Assembly: GCA_046758745.1 (NCBI GenBank)
Contig: JBHIAV010000007.1
Span: 28,950-92,949, forward strand
Reading direction: 5' to 3'
Length of the DNA stretch: 64,000 nt
DNA from: Gemmatimonadota bacterium
Lineage (GTDB): Bacteria > Gemmatimonadota > Gemmatimonadetes > Palauibacterales > Palauibacteraceae
Part shown: positions 49,706 to 60,135 of the stretch, in pieces
Layout of the letters: each line of letters begins with the position of its first letter
Numbering within the stretch: position 1 is the first letter of the stretch
Program-made: the position numbers and the translations under genes
The notes under the pieces: generated by a model
Database searches by the model: none
Told to the model about the DNA's origin: nothing
What the model saw: the letters and a program-made list of their open reading frames with translations, nothing else

Positions 49706-50473
49706 ATGAGTTCCCCCACGCTCTTCGCCCCCCCGCTCGAGGGCCGCCGGCCGGGCGACACGGTGGAGCTCGAGCACGAGGAGGCGCGACACCTCGAGGT
49801 CCTGCGGCTGGTACCGGGTGACTCGCTCGTCCTGACGGACGGTCGCGGGTCGCGCTGGTCGGCTCGCCTGGAGCCGGAGAGCCGCGCCTGCTGCACCCTC
49901 CTGTCGGCTCTGGAGTCCCCCTCTCCCCTCCCGGCCGAACTCGCCTTCGCACTGGCCGGAAAGGCGCGGACGCTGTGGCTGGTGGAGAAGGCGGCCGAGC
50001 TGGGGACGCGCCGGCTGTGTCCCGTGGTCTTCGCCCGCTCGCGCTCGGTGGCGGATGCCGCCCGGTCTCCTGCCTTCTGGCAAAAGGCCGAGCGAAGGGC
50101 GGTGTCGGCTCTCAAACAGAGCGGAGGGGCGTGGCTCCCGGAGATCGCGGAGCCGGTGGGGCTCACGCGATACCTGCACGAGGTGGGCATCTCGGCAGAC
50201 ACTCCACGCGTGCTGCTCGATGCCGCCGGAGCGCCGCTGCGGACCCTCCTCTCCGATTGGTCGGGTGGGGTCGCCCGCTTCCTCATCGGTCCCGAGGGGG
50301 GTCTGGAGCCCGCGGAGATCGAGGCGTGCGAGAGGGCTGGCTTCCGCCGTGCGCGGCTCGGAGGGCGCACGATGCGGTTCGAGACCGCTGCGATCGCCTG
50401 CCTCGCGGCGACCGCGCTGCATGTCGACGAGGCCGCATGGCATGGGCCGATCAGAGGAGGAGGTGCGTCGTGA
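49706..50473 (+). CDS. rsmE: 16S rRNA m3U1498 methyltransferase RsmE
   Basis: HLEVLRL, VEKAAELG, IGPEGGL, LGGRTMRFETA. Confidence 0.93.
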   Translation: MSSPTLFAPPLEGRRPGDTVELEHEEARHLEVLRLVPGDSLVLTDGRGSRWSARLEPESRACCTLLSALESPSPLPAELAFALAGKARTLWLVEKAAELGTRRLCPVVFARSRSVADAARSPAFWQKAERRAVSALKQSGGAWLPEIAEPVGLTRYLHEVGISADTPRVLLDAAGAPLRTLLSDWSGGVARFLIGPEGGLEPAEIEACERAGFRRARLGGRTMRFETAAIACLAATALHVDEAAWHGPIRGGGAS

Positions 50474-50811
50474 ACGACTGCCTGTTCTGTCGTATCGCTC
50501 GCGGCGAGATTCCGTCGGACATCGTCGCGGAGGGTGAGAGCTGGATCGCGATTCGAGACATCAACCCGCAGGCCCCCGTTCACGTTCTGGTGATACCGAG
50601 GGAGCATGTCGAGAGCGTGCACGCGCTCGACGCGGGTCGGAGCGGGCTGATCGGGGAGCTCGTTCTGGCCGCCGCGCGGGTGGCGGAGAAGGAAGGGATC
50701 CAGGGAGGATACCGCGTGGTCACGAACGTGGGGGCCGAGGCTGGGCAGTCCGTTTTCCATCTGCACCTGCACGTCCTCGGCGGGCGGAGGATGGGGTGGC
50801 CCCCGGGCTGA
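50470..50811 (+). CDS. Histidine triad (HIT) nucleotide-binding protein
   Basis: DCLFCRI, DINPQAPVHVLVIP, GQSVFHLHLHVLGGR. Confidence 0.95.
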   Translation: MNDCLFCRIARGEIPSDIVAEGESWIAIRDINPQAPVHVLVIPREHVESVHALDAGRSGLIGELVLAAARVAEKEGIQGGYRVVTNVGAEAGQSVFHLHLHVLGGRRMGWPPG

Positions 50812-53345
50812 CGGACAGCCCCGACGTCGCCAGCGAGGCGGGGGGGCGCCTCGAGGGGGTGCGCGGCGCTCGAGCCGCCGAGGATGGCTCTCTCCATGCG
50901 GGAGTCGCGGCTGGCTCGAGGGCGACGGAGCACGCGCTTCGCTGCCTCGAGTTCACCCGGGTGCTCGAGCTGATCGCCCGGAACGCGACGAGCGAGCTCG
51001 GGGCCCGCCACGTCCTGACCCTCCGCCCGCTGGCCGCAGGGGAGGCGGTGCGCGAAGCTCTCCGCACCGCGGACGAGATGGTCGGCTTCCTCCTGCGCGA
51101 CGAGGGATGGTCGCCGCCTTCCATTCCGGATCTCGCGCCGGCTCTCCGCAGGCTGCGCGCGGAGGGATCGATCCTCGAGCCTGGCGAGCTGGTGGGCGCC
51201 TCCACCCTCCTCTCCTCGGCGCGCCGAGCGCGCGGAGACCTGCGGCGGCACCCCGACCGCCAGCCGCGCCTCTCCGAGCTGGCCGGCGGGCTCCTCGAGG
51301 CGCCCGCCGAGCAGGAGCGCATCGCCCGCTCGTTCGACGCCACGGGGAGCGTCGCGGACGGCGCCTCGAGGGAGCTGAAGCGGATCCGCCGCGCGCTTCG
51401 GGACTCCCGCGCGGCACTGGTGGAACGTCTCGAACGGTTCGCGCGCTCGCTGCCGGCACGGCTCCAGGTCCCGGACGCCTCGGTCACCGTGCGTGCGGGC
51501 CGGTACTGCATTCCGGTGCGACGGGAGGGGCTCTCCGAGGTGGGCGGCATCGTGCACGACGAGTCGGCCACGCATCGGACAGTGTTCATCGAGCCGCCAC
51601 CGGCGATCGAGCCGATGAATCGCATCCGCGAGCTCGAGCTCGGTGAAGCGCGGGAGGTGAACCGGATCCTGCGCGACCTTACGGGGCTGCTCCGCCCCCG
51701 TGCCTCCGAGCTCCTCGCGTCGCTGGAGATCCTGGTGCGCGTCGACGCGCTGTACGCCTGCGCTCGCTACGCCCTTGCGCACGGAGGGACGGGCCCCGAG
51801 GTGGTCGTGGCGTCCCCGGGAGAGCTTCCGCCCGAGCTGCGGTTGATCGGGGCCGCCCACCCCCTCCTCCTGGCGAGCGGCGAGCCGACGGTCCCCTTCG
51901 ATCTGGCACTTGGCGCCGAGGAGTCCGTCCTCCTGGTGAGCGGCCCGAACGCGGGCGGGAAGACGGTGATGTTGAAGGCGCTGGGTCTCGTCTGCGCGAT
52001 GGCGCAGACGGGGATCATCCCCCCGCTCAGGCCCGGATCGCAGATTCCGCTCTTTCGGCGGTTCTTTGCGGTGATCGGGGACGAGCAGTCGATCGATGCC
52101 TCGCTCTCGACCTTCACCGCGCAGTTGGAGAACCTTCGCACCATCCTCGAGGAGGCCGACGGCGAGTCCCTCGTGCTGGTCGATGAGATCGGGGGGAACA
52201 CCGACCCGGCCGAGGGCGCGGCCCTCTCCGCCGCCGTGCTCCGCCGACTCGCCGCTCAGGCGAGATTGACCCTCGCCACCACGCACCTCGGGGACCTCAA
52301 GGGCCTTGCGGCCGAGGACCCCCGCATCGTCAACGCGTCCATGCAGTTCGACACGACCGCTCTGAGACCCACCTTCCGACTGCTGCGCGACCGACCGGGA
52401 CGGAGCTACGCCCTCGAGATCGCACATCGTCTCGGATTCCCCGAGCCGTTGCTCGCGGAGGCGCGCTCCCGACTCTCCGCCGTGACGCGGGACGTCGACC
52501 ATCTGCTCGCGGAACTCGAGAGCCGGGAAGCCGAGCTCGAACAGCTGGCGGCGGAAGCCCACTCGCTGACGCGCGAGCTCGAGCGGCGGGAGACGGGGAT
52601 CGCCGAGCGCGAGCAGGAGCTGGACGCGCGGGAGACGTCGATCGAGCGGAAAGAGAAGGAGGCGGAGCGGACCGCCCTGGAGCGTACCGAGCGCTACCTG
52701 TTCGAGGCGCGCAAGGAGGTGGAGCGGGCGATTGACCTGTTGAAGGCGGAGGTCGATGCCGGAGAGCCCTGCCACGAAGCCTCTGAGCGGAGGGAGGGAG
52801 CGTTCTCCGCCGCGCGGGCCGCCGTCGAGCACATGCTGCGCGAGACGAAGGATCGAGCTCCCGCGCCCCCCACGCCGGGGGAGAGCGACCGCGAGCTGAC
52901 GGTGGGAGACCAAGTGGAGGCCATCTCCCTTGGCCTCCGGGGGCGGCTGCGCGAACTACGCGGATCTGAGGCGATCGTGGAGACCGGCGGCGTGCGGATC
53001 TCCGTGCGGGCCGCCGACCTGCATCGGGTTCCCCACACGGAGTGGCCGGCTCGGCACCGCGCCTCCGACGTCGTCCTGCCGGACCTCGCTCCGCGCGCGG
53101 AGGTTGATCTCCGGGGACTCCGCGTCGAGGCGGCCACGGCGGCGCTGCTGCGCGCCGTAGACGCGGCGGTCGCCGGCGATCTTCCCTCTCTCCGCATCAT
53201 ACACGGGAAGGGGAGCGGAGCGCTGCGCCAGCTGGTGCGGGAGCTGCTCGGGTCGGATCCCCGCGTTCCCCGGTTCCGTCCGGGCGCTTTCGAAGAGGGG
53301 GGGTCCGGGGTTACCGTTGTGCAGTTTGCGAAGAGCAGGGACTGA
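50796..53345 (+). CDS. mutS2: Endonuclease MutS2
   Basis: GIVHDES, GPNAGGKT, IGDEQSI, DEIGGNTDPAEG, GRSYALEIA, C-terminal Smr IIHGKGSGALR. Start uncertain. Confidence 0.93.
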   Translation: MAPGLTDSPDVASEAGGRLEGVRGARAAEDGSLHAGVAAGSRATEHALRCLEFTRVLELIARNATSELGARHVLTLRPLAAGEAVREALRTADEMVGFLLRDEGWSPPSIPDLAPALRRLRAEGSILEPGELVGASTLLSSARRARGDLRRHPDRQPRLSELAGGLLEAPAEQERIARSFDATGSVADGASRELKRIRRALRDSRAALVERLERFARSLPARLQVPDASVTVRAGRYCIPVRREGLSEVGGIVHDESATHRTVFIEPPPAIEPMNRIRELELGEAREVNRILRDLTGLLRPRASELLASLEILVRVDALYACARYALAHGGTGPEVVVASPGELPPELRLIGAAHPLLLASGEPTVPFDLALGAEESVLLVSGPNAGGKTVMLKALGLVCAMAQTGIIPPLRPGSQIPLFRRFFAVIGDEQSIDASLSTFTAQLENLRTILEEADGESLVLVDEIGGNTDPAEGAALSAAVLRRLAAQARLTLATTHLGDLKGLAAEDPRIVNASMQFDTTALRPTFRLLRDRPGRSYALEIAHRLGFPEPLLAEARSRLSAVTRDVDHLLAELESREAELEQLAAEAHSLTRELERRETGIAEREQELDARETSIERKEKEAERTALERTERYLFEARKEVERAIDLLKAEVDAGEPCHEASERREGAFSAARAAVEHMLRETKDRAPAPPTPGESDRELTVGDQVEAISLGLRGRLRELRGSEAIVETGGVRISVRAADLHRVPHTEWPARHRASDVVLPDLAPRAEVDLRGLRVEAATAALLRAVDAAVAGDLPSLRIIHGKGSGALRQLVRELLGSDPRVPRFRPGAFEEGGSGVTVVQFAKSRD

Positions 53346-53402
53346 AGCCGTGAGGTCGCCTCTGAGGGAAGGAATTCACAGGCGCGCCGGACCGGGCCGG
53401 CG

Positions 53403-55232
53403 ATGGTGACCGACGCGCTCGTCGAGGAGGTCAGGGCGCGCGCCGACATCGCGGAAGTGTGCGGCGAGCACACCCGCCTGAAGAGATCAGGGAAGACCTA
53501 CCGGGGCCCTTGCCCGCTGCACGGCGGGGAGGGCCCCAACTTTTCGGTGGACCCCGCCCGGGGGATCTTCAAGTGCTTCGTGTGCAACGAGGGTGGCGAC
53601 GTCTTCGGCTTCGTGATGCGTCGGCTCGGCCTCGACTTCCCTTCAGCCGTTCGCCATCTGGCCGAGCGCTACGGCGTGGAGATTCCGGAGAGCCGCGCCG
53701 ACCGGGAGGATCCTCACGCTCGCCTCCGGGAGGCGACGGCGTTCGCCGAGGAGTGGTTCGCGGCCAGGCTGCGGGAGGCGGCCGGGAGCAGTCGGGTGCG
53801 CGAGTACCTGGAAGGAAGAGGAGTCGGCCTAGAGGCGGCGGAACGATTCGCTCTCGGATACGCGCCCGACGCCTGGCGGGCGTTGAGGGACGCGGCGCTC
53901 GCGCGCGGCATGGACGACCCGACACTCGAAGAAGCGGGCCTGGTGGCCTCCAGCGAACGGGCCGAGGAGCCGTACGACCGCTTCCGGAACCGGCTCACCT
54001 TCTCGATCCGGGATCTTCGCGACCGTCCGATAGCATTCGGCGGCCGCGTCCTCGGCGATGTGTCGGAGAGCATCCCGAAGTACATCAACTCGCCGGAATC
54101 GCCGATCTTTCACAAGAACCGCACCCTGTACGGGCTTGTGTGGGCGCGGCACGCGATCCGGCGGGAGGGGACCGCCCTCGTGGTCGAAGGCTACATGGAC
54201 GTGCTGACCCTCCAGCTGAACGGGTTTCCGGCAGCCGTGGCCCCGCTCGGCACGGCCCTCGGGCCGGAGCAGGCCGAGCTCCTGGCCCGCTACGCCCGGC
54301 GCGTCGTTCTCCTGTACGACAGTGACCGCGCCGGGCTCCGGGCCACGTTTCGCACGGGAGACGTCCTGCTCGCCGCGGGGCTGCATCCCATGGTGGCGAG
54401 CCTGCCGCCCGGCACGGATCCGGACTCGGTGATCCGCCGGGGGGGACCGAAGGCGCTGGCGGCGTTCGTAGAGGACGCAATCGACATCCTGGAGTGCAAG
54501 CTCCGGATCCTCGAGCGGCAGGGGTACCTGGACACGATCGAGGGAAAGAGGCGGGCCGTCGATGGGCTGCTGAGTACGCTCCGCGCCACGCGGGACCCGG
54601 CCCTGCGCGACCTGTACTTCGGTCGCTCGGCCGAAAGAATCGGCGTCCGCCGGGAGACGCTTGTCAGCGAGGTGGCCCGGCAGGCGCCGGTTCGACATCC
54701 CCGTCCCCATGGGCGTCTCGCCGAGCGTGACGAAGGAGACGAGGCCTCGCATCTCCCAGCCGACGGCGGAGCTGCCGCGGAGCGCCTCACCCTCCTTCTG
54801 CTCCTCCGGGATCCGTCGCTGGTCACCGGGGCCGAGGAGATCGGCCTCCGGACCGAGCACTTCCGCGCCCCTGCGAACAGCGTGCTCTTCCGGGCGATTC
54901 GGTCGGGGACGGTCTCCATGACGGGGAGCGATGATCCGTCGCTGACGCCCGAGGCCGCCAGGCTGCTGGCAGAGCTCCGGAGCGATGACACCGAGCTCAC
55001 GCACCCGGCGGAGATCTTCGCCGAGTCGGCCCGGAAGCTCGTCCACCGGCCGCGCCTCGCGCGGCTCGAGCAGATCAACCGGGAGATCGAGGACGCGGAG
55101 GAGGAGCACCAGCGGGAGCTGCTGAAGGAGAAGGAGCAGCTGGCGCGTGAGCTCCGGGAGGCGGGCGTGTCGCTCAGCTTCGTGCGTCGGATCGGGAAGC
55201 AGCGGGCCGGGGAGGCGACTCCGATCGGTTGA
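53403..55232 (+). CDS. dnaG: DNA primase
   Basis: CPLH...CFVC zinc domain, DRFRNRL, KYINSPE, VEGYMD, YDSDRAG Toprim. Confidence 0.96.
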   Translation: MVTDALVEEVRARADIAEVCGEHTRLKRSGKTYRGPCPLHGGEGPNFSVDPARGIFKCFVCNEGGDVFGFVMRRLGLDFPSAVRHLAERYGVEIPESRADREDPHARLREATAFAEEWFAARLREAAGSSRVREYLEGRGVGLEAAERFALGYAPDAWRALRDAALARGMDDPTLEEAGLVASSERAEEPYDRFRNRLTFSIRDLRDRPIAFGGRVLGDVSESIPKYINSPESPIFHKNRTLYGLVWARHAIRREGTALVVEGYMDVLTLQLNGFPAAVAPLGTALGPEQAELLARYARRVVLLYDSDRAGLRATFRTGDVLLAAGLHPMVASLPPGTDPDSVIRRGGPKALAAFVEDAIDILECKLRILERQGYLDTIEGKRRAVDGLLSTLRATRDPALRDLYFGRSAERIGVRRETLVSEVARQAPVRHPRPHGRLAERDEGDEASHLPADGGAAAERLTLLLLLRDPSLVTGAEEIGLRTEHFRAPANSVLFRAIRSGTVSMTGSDDPSLTPEAARLLAELRSDDTELTHPAEIFAESARKLVHRPRLARLEQINREIEDAEEEHQRELLKEKEQLARELREAGVSLSFVRRIGKQRAGEATPIG

Positions 55233-55272
55233 GCGCCGTTGCGGGAGGTCGGACAAGGTGACGGGAGAAGAC

Positions 55273-55992
55273 ATGAGCGAGAACGTCGAGGGGCTTCTTC
55301 ACCTCCAGGCCATCGATGAGGAGATCGGACGGTTCATTGGCGAGCTGGAGGTTCTGGAACATGAGCTGGGCACGGGGGAGGAGGAGATCGCCGGATTGGA
55401 GCGGAGCGCCGAAGAGCTGCGTGCGGAGGTTGAGAAGGCGGAAGCGGAGCTGCGGCGCGGCGAGCGGACGGTTCAGGCGGGACGCGCCACGGTCAAGCGG
55501 CTCCAGGCGCGCGCCCAGGAAGTGATGAACATGCGGCAGCACCTCGCCGCGCGGGCGGAGGTGGACGCGGCCCGGCGCAACCTCGAGGCGGCGGAGGAGG
55601 CGGTGTTGGGAACGATGCAGACGCTCGAGCGGCTGCGTGGTGAGCTGGGCGAGGCGGAGGCGCGGCTGGATGCACGCCGAACCGAGTTCACGTCACGAAA
55701 GGCCGAGGTCGAGGGGCGTGTGGCCGAGCTCCGCGACCAGATCGCCGTGCACAGGGACCGGCGGGAGAACCGGGCGCTCCGCATCGACGCCCGAGTCAGG
55801 CAGCTGTACGACACGGTGCGCGGCGGGGGAGCGCGAGATGCCCTCGCGCCGGTGGTCGACGGGGTGTGCGGCCACTGCTTCACGGCCGTGCCCCTGCAGC
55901 GACAGGCCGAGATCCGGGCCCGGCGCGAGCTCGTGGTGTGCGAGACCTGCGGCGTGATCCTGCACTCGCCGGTCTCGGAACGGGATGCCTGA
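55273..55992 (+). CDS. Coiled-coil protein with C4 zinc ribbon (DUF164/CT398-like)
   Basis: LLHLQAIDEEI, long coiled coil, CGHC...CETCGVIL. Confidence 0.88.
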   Translation: MSENVEGLLHLQAIDEEIGRFIGELEVLEHELGTGEEEIAGLERSAEELRAEVEKAEAELRRGERTVQAGRATVKRLQARAQEVMNMRQHLAARAEVDAARRNLEAAEEAVLGTMQTLERLRGELGEAEARLDARRTEFTSRKAEVEGRVAELRDQIAVHRDRRENRALRIDARVRQLYDTVRGGGARDALAPVVDGVCGHCFTAVPLQRQAEIRARRELVVCETCGVILHSPVSERDA

Positions 55993-57718
55993 CACGGCGC
56001 TCGCCAGCACGCGGTGGATCGAGCCCCCGCCGCTCCCCGAGGAACTGATCGACCACCTCTCGCGATCGCTTCGGATCCCTCCCGAGCTGTGCCGGATTCT
56101 CGTTCGACGCGGCCTGCGCGATATCGACGCCGTTCGCTCGCATCTCCGACCGCGTCTCACGAGCCTGCACCCCGCTGAGCGGCTTCCGGATGTCGCGGCG
56201 GCGGTGTGGCGCATCGAGTCCGCTCTCGCGGCGGGAGAGAAGATCCTGGTTCACGGGGACTACGATGCGGATGGAATGTGCGCCGCCGGGCTCCTGGCCC
56301 GTGGCCTGGCCGGGCTCGGGGCCGATGTGGAGGCCTTCGTGCCGCACCGGGCCCGAGACGGATACGACCTGTCCGAGCCCGGCCTTGGGCGCGCCGAGGA
56401 GATCGGAGCGACCCTCATCGTAACCGCCGACTGCGGGATCGTAGCTCACGATGCGATCGCCCGGGCCGCGGCGGCGGGCCGCGATGTGGTAGTGACGGAT
56501 CACCACCGGCCGGGCGAGCGCCTTCCGGACGCCGTGGCGGTGGTCAACCCGAACCGGCGGGATGGGGACTACCCCTTCCGCGGGTTGGCCGGGGTCGGAG
56601 TCGCGTTCAAGCTGCTGAGCGCACTCTATCGAAGAGCGGGCAAGGGGGAAGGCGAGCTCAATCAGCATCTGGATCTGGTGGCCATTGGCACCGTAGCGGA
56701 CCAGGTCCCGCTGCTGGATGAGAACCGCGTGTTGGTGCGAGCCGGCCTTCGCGTCCTGGGTCGCACCCGGAAGCCCGGTCTGCGGGCGCTGCTCGAGCGG
56801 GCCGGGCTCGCGGACGCGGCGGAGCTGGGCGCCGAGCACGTGGCTTTCGTGATCGCTCCCCGCCTCAACTCCGTGGGACGGATGGGGGCTGCGGAGGACG
56901 GGCTTTGCCTTCTCCTCACGGAGGACAGCGCCGAGGCGACACGCTTGGCCGGCCGGTTGGAGGAGGAGAACTCGCGCCGCAGGGCGGAAGACCGTGACGT
57001 GCTGCGCGCCGCCCTCGCCCTCCTCCCGCACCGCTACGACGAGACGCGGCACCGCGCCGTCGTGCTGTGGGGGGATGGGTGGCACCCGGGCGTGATCGGG
57101 ATCGCGGCCTCCAGGCTGGCGCAGCGGCTGCATCGGCCGGCGATCGTCGTGACGTTCGACGGCGACGTCGGGCGCGGCTCCGGACGCTCGTTCGGCGGCT
57201 TCCATCTCTTCAACGCGCTCCGGGAGTGCGAGCCCCTCCTGGAGCGCTACGGGGGTCACCGCACGGCGGCCGGGCTCACGATTCGCCGGGCACGCATGGA
57301 GGACTTCGCCGCGCGGCTGCTCGACGTGGCGGCCCGTGAGCTCGACCCCGCGCTGCTGGTCGAGGAGCTGGAAATCGACCTCGAGCTTCCGCTCCGGTCG
57401 GTCACGCCCGAGCTGCACCGGTGGCTCGCCCACCTTGGCCCGTTCGGGGCGGGGAGCCCCGCTCCTCTTCTGCTGGTTCGGGCCGCTCGGCTCGAGCGTC
57501 CGGCGGGCGTGGGTTCGGACTCGAAACACCTGAGGGTCGTCCTCGCCTCCGACGAGGGAGCTCGCGTGCGGGCGATCGGGTTCGGCTTGGGGGGTCGGCT
57601 GGGAGAGGTGGCCTCGGGGGGACGGTGGGACGTCGCGTTCGAGCTCGCCGCCGACCGCTGGCAAGGAGCTCCGCGCTTCCAGGCCCGTCTGCGCGGCCTG
57701 CGCCGTGCCGTCACGTGA
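55985..57718 (+). CDS. recJ: ssDNA exonuclease RecJ
   Basis: GDYDADG, TADCG, TDHH, PRLNSVGR, GSGRS, GGH. Confidence 0.95.
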   Translation: MPDTALASTRWIEPPPLPEELIDHLSRSLRIPPELCRILVRRGLRDIDAVRSHLRPRLTSLHPAERLPDVAAAVWRIESALAAGEKILVHGDYDADGMCAAGLLARGLAGLGADVEAFVPHRARDGYDLSEPGLGRAEEIGATLIVTADCGIVAHDAIARAAAAGRDVVVTDHHRPGERLPDAVAVVNPNRRDGDYPFRGLAGVGVAFKLLSALYRRAGKGEGELNQHLDLVAIGTVADQVPLLDENRVLVRAGLRVLGRTRKPGLRALLERAGLADAAELGAEHVAFVIAPRLNSVGRMGAAEDGLCLLLTEDSAEATRLAGRLEEENSRRRAEDRDVLRAALALLPHRYDETRHRAVVLWGDGWHPGVIGIAASRLAQRLHRPAIVVTFDGDVGRGSGRSFGGFHLFNALRECEPLLERYGGHRTAAGLTIRRARMEDFAARLLDVAARELDPALLVEELEIDLELPLRSVTPELHRWLAHLGPFGAGSPAPLLLVRAARLERPAGVGSDSKHLRVVLASDEGARVRAIGFGLGGRLGEVASGGRWDVAFELAADRWQGAPRFQARLRGLRRAVT

Positions 57719-58269
57719 GGCTGCGAATCGTCGGGGGCGAGCTCGGGGGTCGCCGCATTCGCGCCCCCAACGGCCGCCGCACCAGACCGACACGGGAAGC
57801 GGTTCGGGAGGCCTGGTTCAGCGCCCTGGGGCCGCGCATCGCTGGCGCTCGCGTGCTGGACCTATTCGCCGGCTCGGGGGCGCTCGGCATCGAAGCGCTG
57901 TCACGCGGGGCGGCGTGGGTCGATTTCGTCGAAGGGGACAGGCGCACCGCCGCGCTCCTCCGGCGAAACCTAGCGGAGCTCGGCCTCGTGGAGAGGTCCC
58001 ATACGAGCTGTCGAGAGGTCTTCGCCTTCCTCGACAACATCGTTGGAGAGGGTGCGTACGACGTGGCGCTGGCCGATCCCCCGTACGGGACGGGCGACAC
58101 GGAGCGGCTCGTGGAGCGCTTCCGTCGCGCGCCGTTCGCGGCACTCCTATGCGTGGAACACGCGTCGGAGAGTCTCCGCGAAGCCATGCCCGACTGGCAT
58201 CGCCGGTACGGGGACACGTCGCTGTCCTTCTTCTCATCGGGAAACGGAGGTTCTTCCGGTGGAGCGTAG
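57715..58269 (+). CDS. rsmD: 16S rRNA m2G966 methyltransferase RsmD
   Basis: LRIVGG, TRPT, LDLFAGSGALGIEALSRGA, DPPY. Confidence 0.94.
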   Translation: MRLRIVGGELGGRRIRAPNGRRTRPTREAVREAWFSALGPRIAGARVLDLFAGSGALGIEALSRGAAWVDFVEGDRRTAALLRRNLAELGLVERSHTSCREVFAFLDNIVGEGAYDVALADPPYGTGDTERLVERFRRAPFAALLCVEHASESLREAMPDWHRRYGDTSLSFFSSGNGGSSGGA

Positions 58270-58771
58270 CGAGAGGATCGCCGTGTATCCGGGGTCGTTC
58301 GATCCCCTCACCCTGGGCCACGACGACATCGTGCGCCGCAGCCTGCGGCTCGTGGATCGTCTCATCCTCGCCGTCGCCGACACTTCGACGCAGTCGAAGA
58401 GCCCTCTCTTCAGCCTCGAGGAGCGCGTCGAGGTGATGAGGGAGGTGTACGCCGGTTCTCCGGCTGTGGAGGTGGTGTCGTTCTCCGGCCTCCTGGTGGA
58501 GTTCGCCCGGGGGCGGGGGGCGCGGATCATCATCCGGGGTCTCCGCGCGGTCAGCGATTTCGAGTACGAGTTCCAGATGGCGCTGATGAACCGTTCGCTG
58601 TGGCCGGAGGTGGAGGTCATCTTCATGGCGCCCGGCAATGCCTTCACGTTTCTCAGCTCCTCGCTCGTGCGCGAGGTCGCGCAGCTGGGCGGCGACGTGT
58701 CGAGCTTCGTCCCGGCGCCGGTGCTTGAGCGGCTTGTCGAGCGTTTCGGCAACCGCGTTCGCGGTGGATGA
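58259..58771 (+). CDS. coaD: Phosphopantetheine adenylyltransferase
   Basis: [31 protein letters not shown]. Confidence 0.96.
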   Translation: MERSERIAVYPGSFDPLTLGHDDIVRRSLRLVDRLILAVADTSTQSKSPLFSLEERVEVMREVYAGSPAVEVVSFSGLLVEFARGRGARIIIRGLRAVSDFEYEFQMALMNRSLWPEVEVIFMAPGNAFTFLSSSLVREVAQLGGDVSSFVPAPVLERLVERFGNRVRGG

Positions 58772-59730
58772 GCTTCCTCGCGACGCTCGGCGAGCGGGCC
58801 CGGCGCTCGCCCTGCCGGATCGGCTTCCCGGAGGCGGGTGAACCTCGAACCCGGGAGGCGATGTCGCGTCTCGCGGCAGAGCGCTGGGTGCGGCCCGTGG
58901 CGGTGAGCGAGGGGGAGTTGGCCGGCGAGCCGGCCGCCCCGGAGGTCTTTCACACGGAGGATTCCGCCCTTCGGGAAGCGGCCCTCGGGGCGTGTCCGGA
59001 TCTGGCGTCACCGGGCCGCTGGGATACATTACGCTTCGCGGTCGCCCTGCTCCGTGCGGGACTCCTGGATGGGGTGGTGGCAGGAGCGGGAACGCCGACG
59101 GCCGACGTGGTGCGGGCCGGACTCAAGATCCTCGGGACCGCACCGGGGATCCACACCGTGTCGGGTTCCTTTTATATGGTGCCGGAGCGAGCCCGGGCCT
59201 CGGAAGCGGAGGTGCTCACCTTCACCGACGCGGCGGTCGTACCCGTGCCAACGGCGGCCCAGCTGGCGGAGATCGCAGAAGCGGCCTGCGAGGCGAGGCA
59301 CCGCGTCGTCGGCGACGAACCCCGTGTGGCGTTCCTGTCGTACTCGACGCACGGCTCGGCGGGTGGAGAATCCGTGGAGCGCGTCCGGGAGGCGGTCGAG
59401 CTGTTTCGGAGGCGCCGCCCGGACGTCCCAGCGGATGGTGAGCTGCAGGCGGACGCGGCCCTCGTGCCGGAGATCGCGGTGCGAAAGGCACCCGGCTGGC
59501 CCGTCGCGGGCCGCGCCAACGTGCTGGTGTTCCCGGACCTCGACGCGGGGAACATCGCCTACAAGCTGGTGCAGCACCTCGGCGGTGCGCCAGCGCTCGG
59601 CCCAATCCTGCAGGGGTTGGCCCGCCCTCTGAACGACCTGTCGCGCGGAGCCTCAGTGGATGACATCGTTCACGTCGCCTGCATCACGGCATTGATGGCT
59701 GCCCGCTCGCGATCGGGACGCGCGGCGTGA
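58768..59730 (+). CDS. pta: Phosphate acetyltransferase (PTA/PTB family)
   Basis: [41 protein letters not shown]. Confidence 0.9.
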   Translation: MSFLATLGERARRSPCRIGFPEAGEPRTREAMSRLAAERWVRPVAVSEGELAGEPAAPEVFHTEDSALREAALGACPDLASPGRWDTLRFAVALLRAGLLDGVVAGAGTPTADVVRAGLKILGTAPGIHTVSGSFYMVPERARASEAEVLTFTDAAVVPVPTAAQLAEIAEAACEARHRVVGDEPRVAFLSYSTHGSAGGESVERVREAVELFRRRRPDVPADGELQADAALVPEIAVRKAPGWPVAGRANVLVFPDLDAGNIAYKLVQHLGGAPALGPILQGLARPLNDLSRGASVDDIVHVACITALMAARSRSGRAA

Positions 59731-59758
59731 CGGCCTCGAACGCGTAGCTGGAGGAGAC

Positions 59759-60091
59759 ATGGAATTCTCGATCGCGAGCCAGGGAGACGTCACGATCGTC
59801 GAGGTGAGCGGCGAGCTCATCGTGGGGAATCGCCAGCAACTCAAGGCCACCGTACTGAGCCATCTGGAAGCGGGGGGCCGGAAGTTCCTCATCGATTTCT
59901 CCGAGTCGAGCTACATCGACTCCTCGGGCCTCGGCGTGCTCGTCAGCTTGTCGAAGAAGATTCGAGAGAAGGGCGGCGAGCTCAGGCTAGCCGGCCTGAA
60001 CGAGGACCTGCGAACCCTCTTCGAGCTAACGAAGCTCGACACCCTCTTCCTCATCGCCGAGGACCGGTCGATCGCTCTGACAGACTTCTAA
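59759..60091 (+). CDS. STAS-domain anti-sigma factor antagonist (RsbV/SpoIIAA-like)
   Basis: YIDSSGLGVLV phospho-Ser motif, FELTKLD. Confidence 0.93.
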   Translation: MEFSIASQGDVTIVEVSGELIVGNRQQLKATVLSHLEAGGRKFLIDFSESSYIDSSGLGVLVSLSKKIREKGGELRLAGLNEDLRTLFELTKLDTLFLIAEDRSIALTDF

Positions 60092-60135
60092 CACGGAACC
60101 CCGTAGGTCGCCGGTCGATGGTCGAGGCCAGGAGG

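Noticed and set aside
48919..50772. 617-aa minus-strand ORF
   Set aside because: Only the last roughly 156 codons look like a real gene; the rest is antisense to rsmE and HIT.
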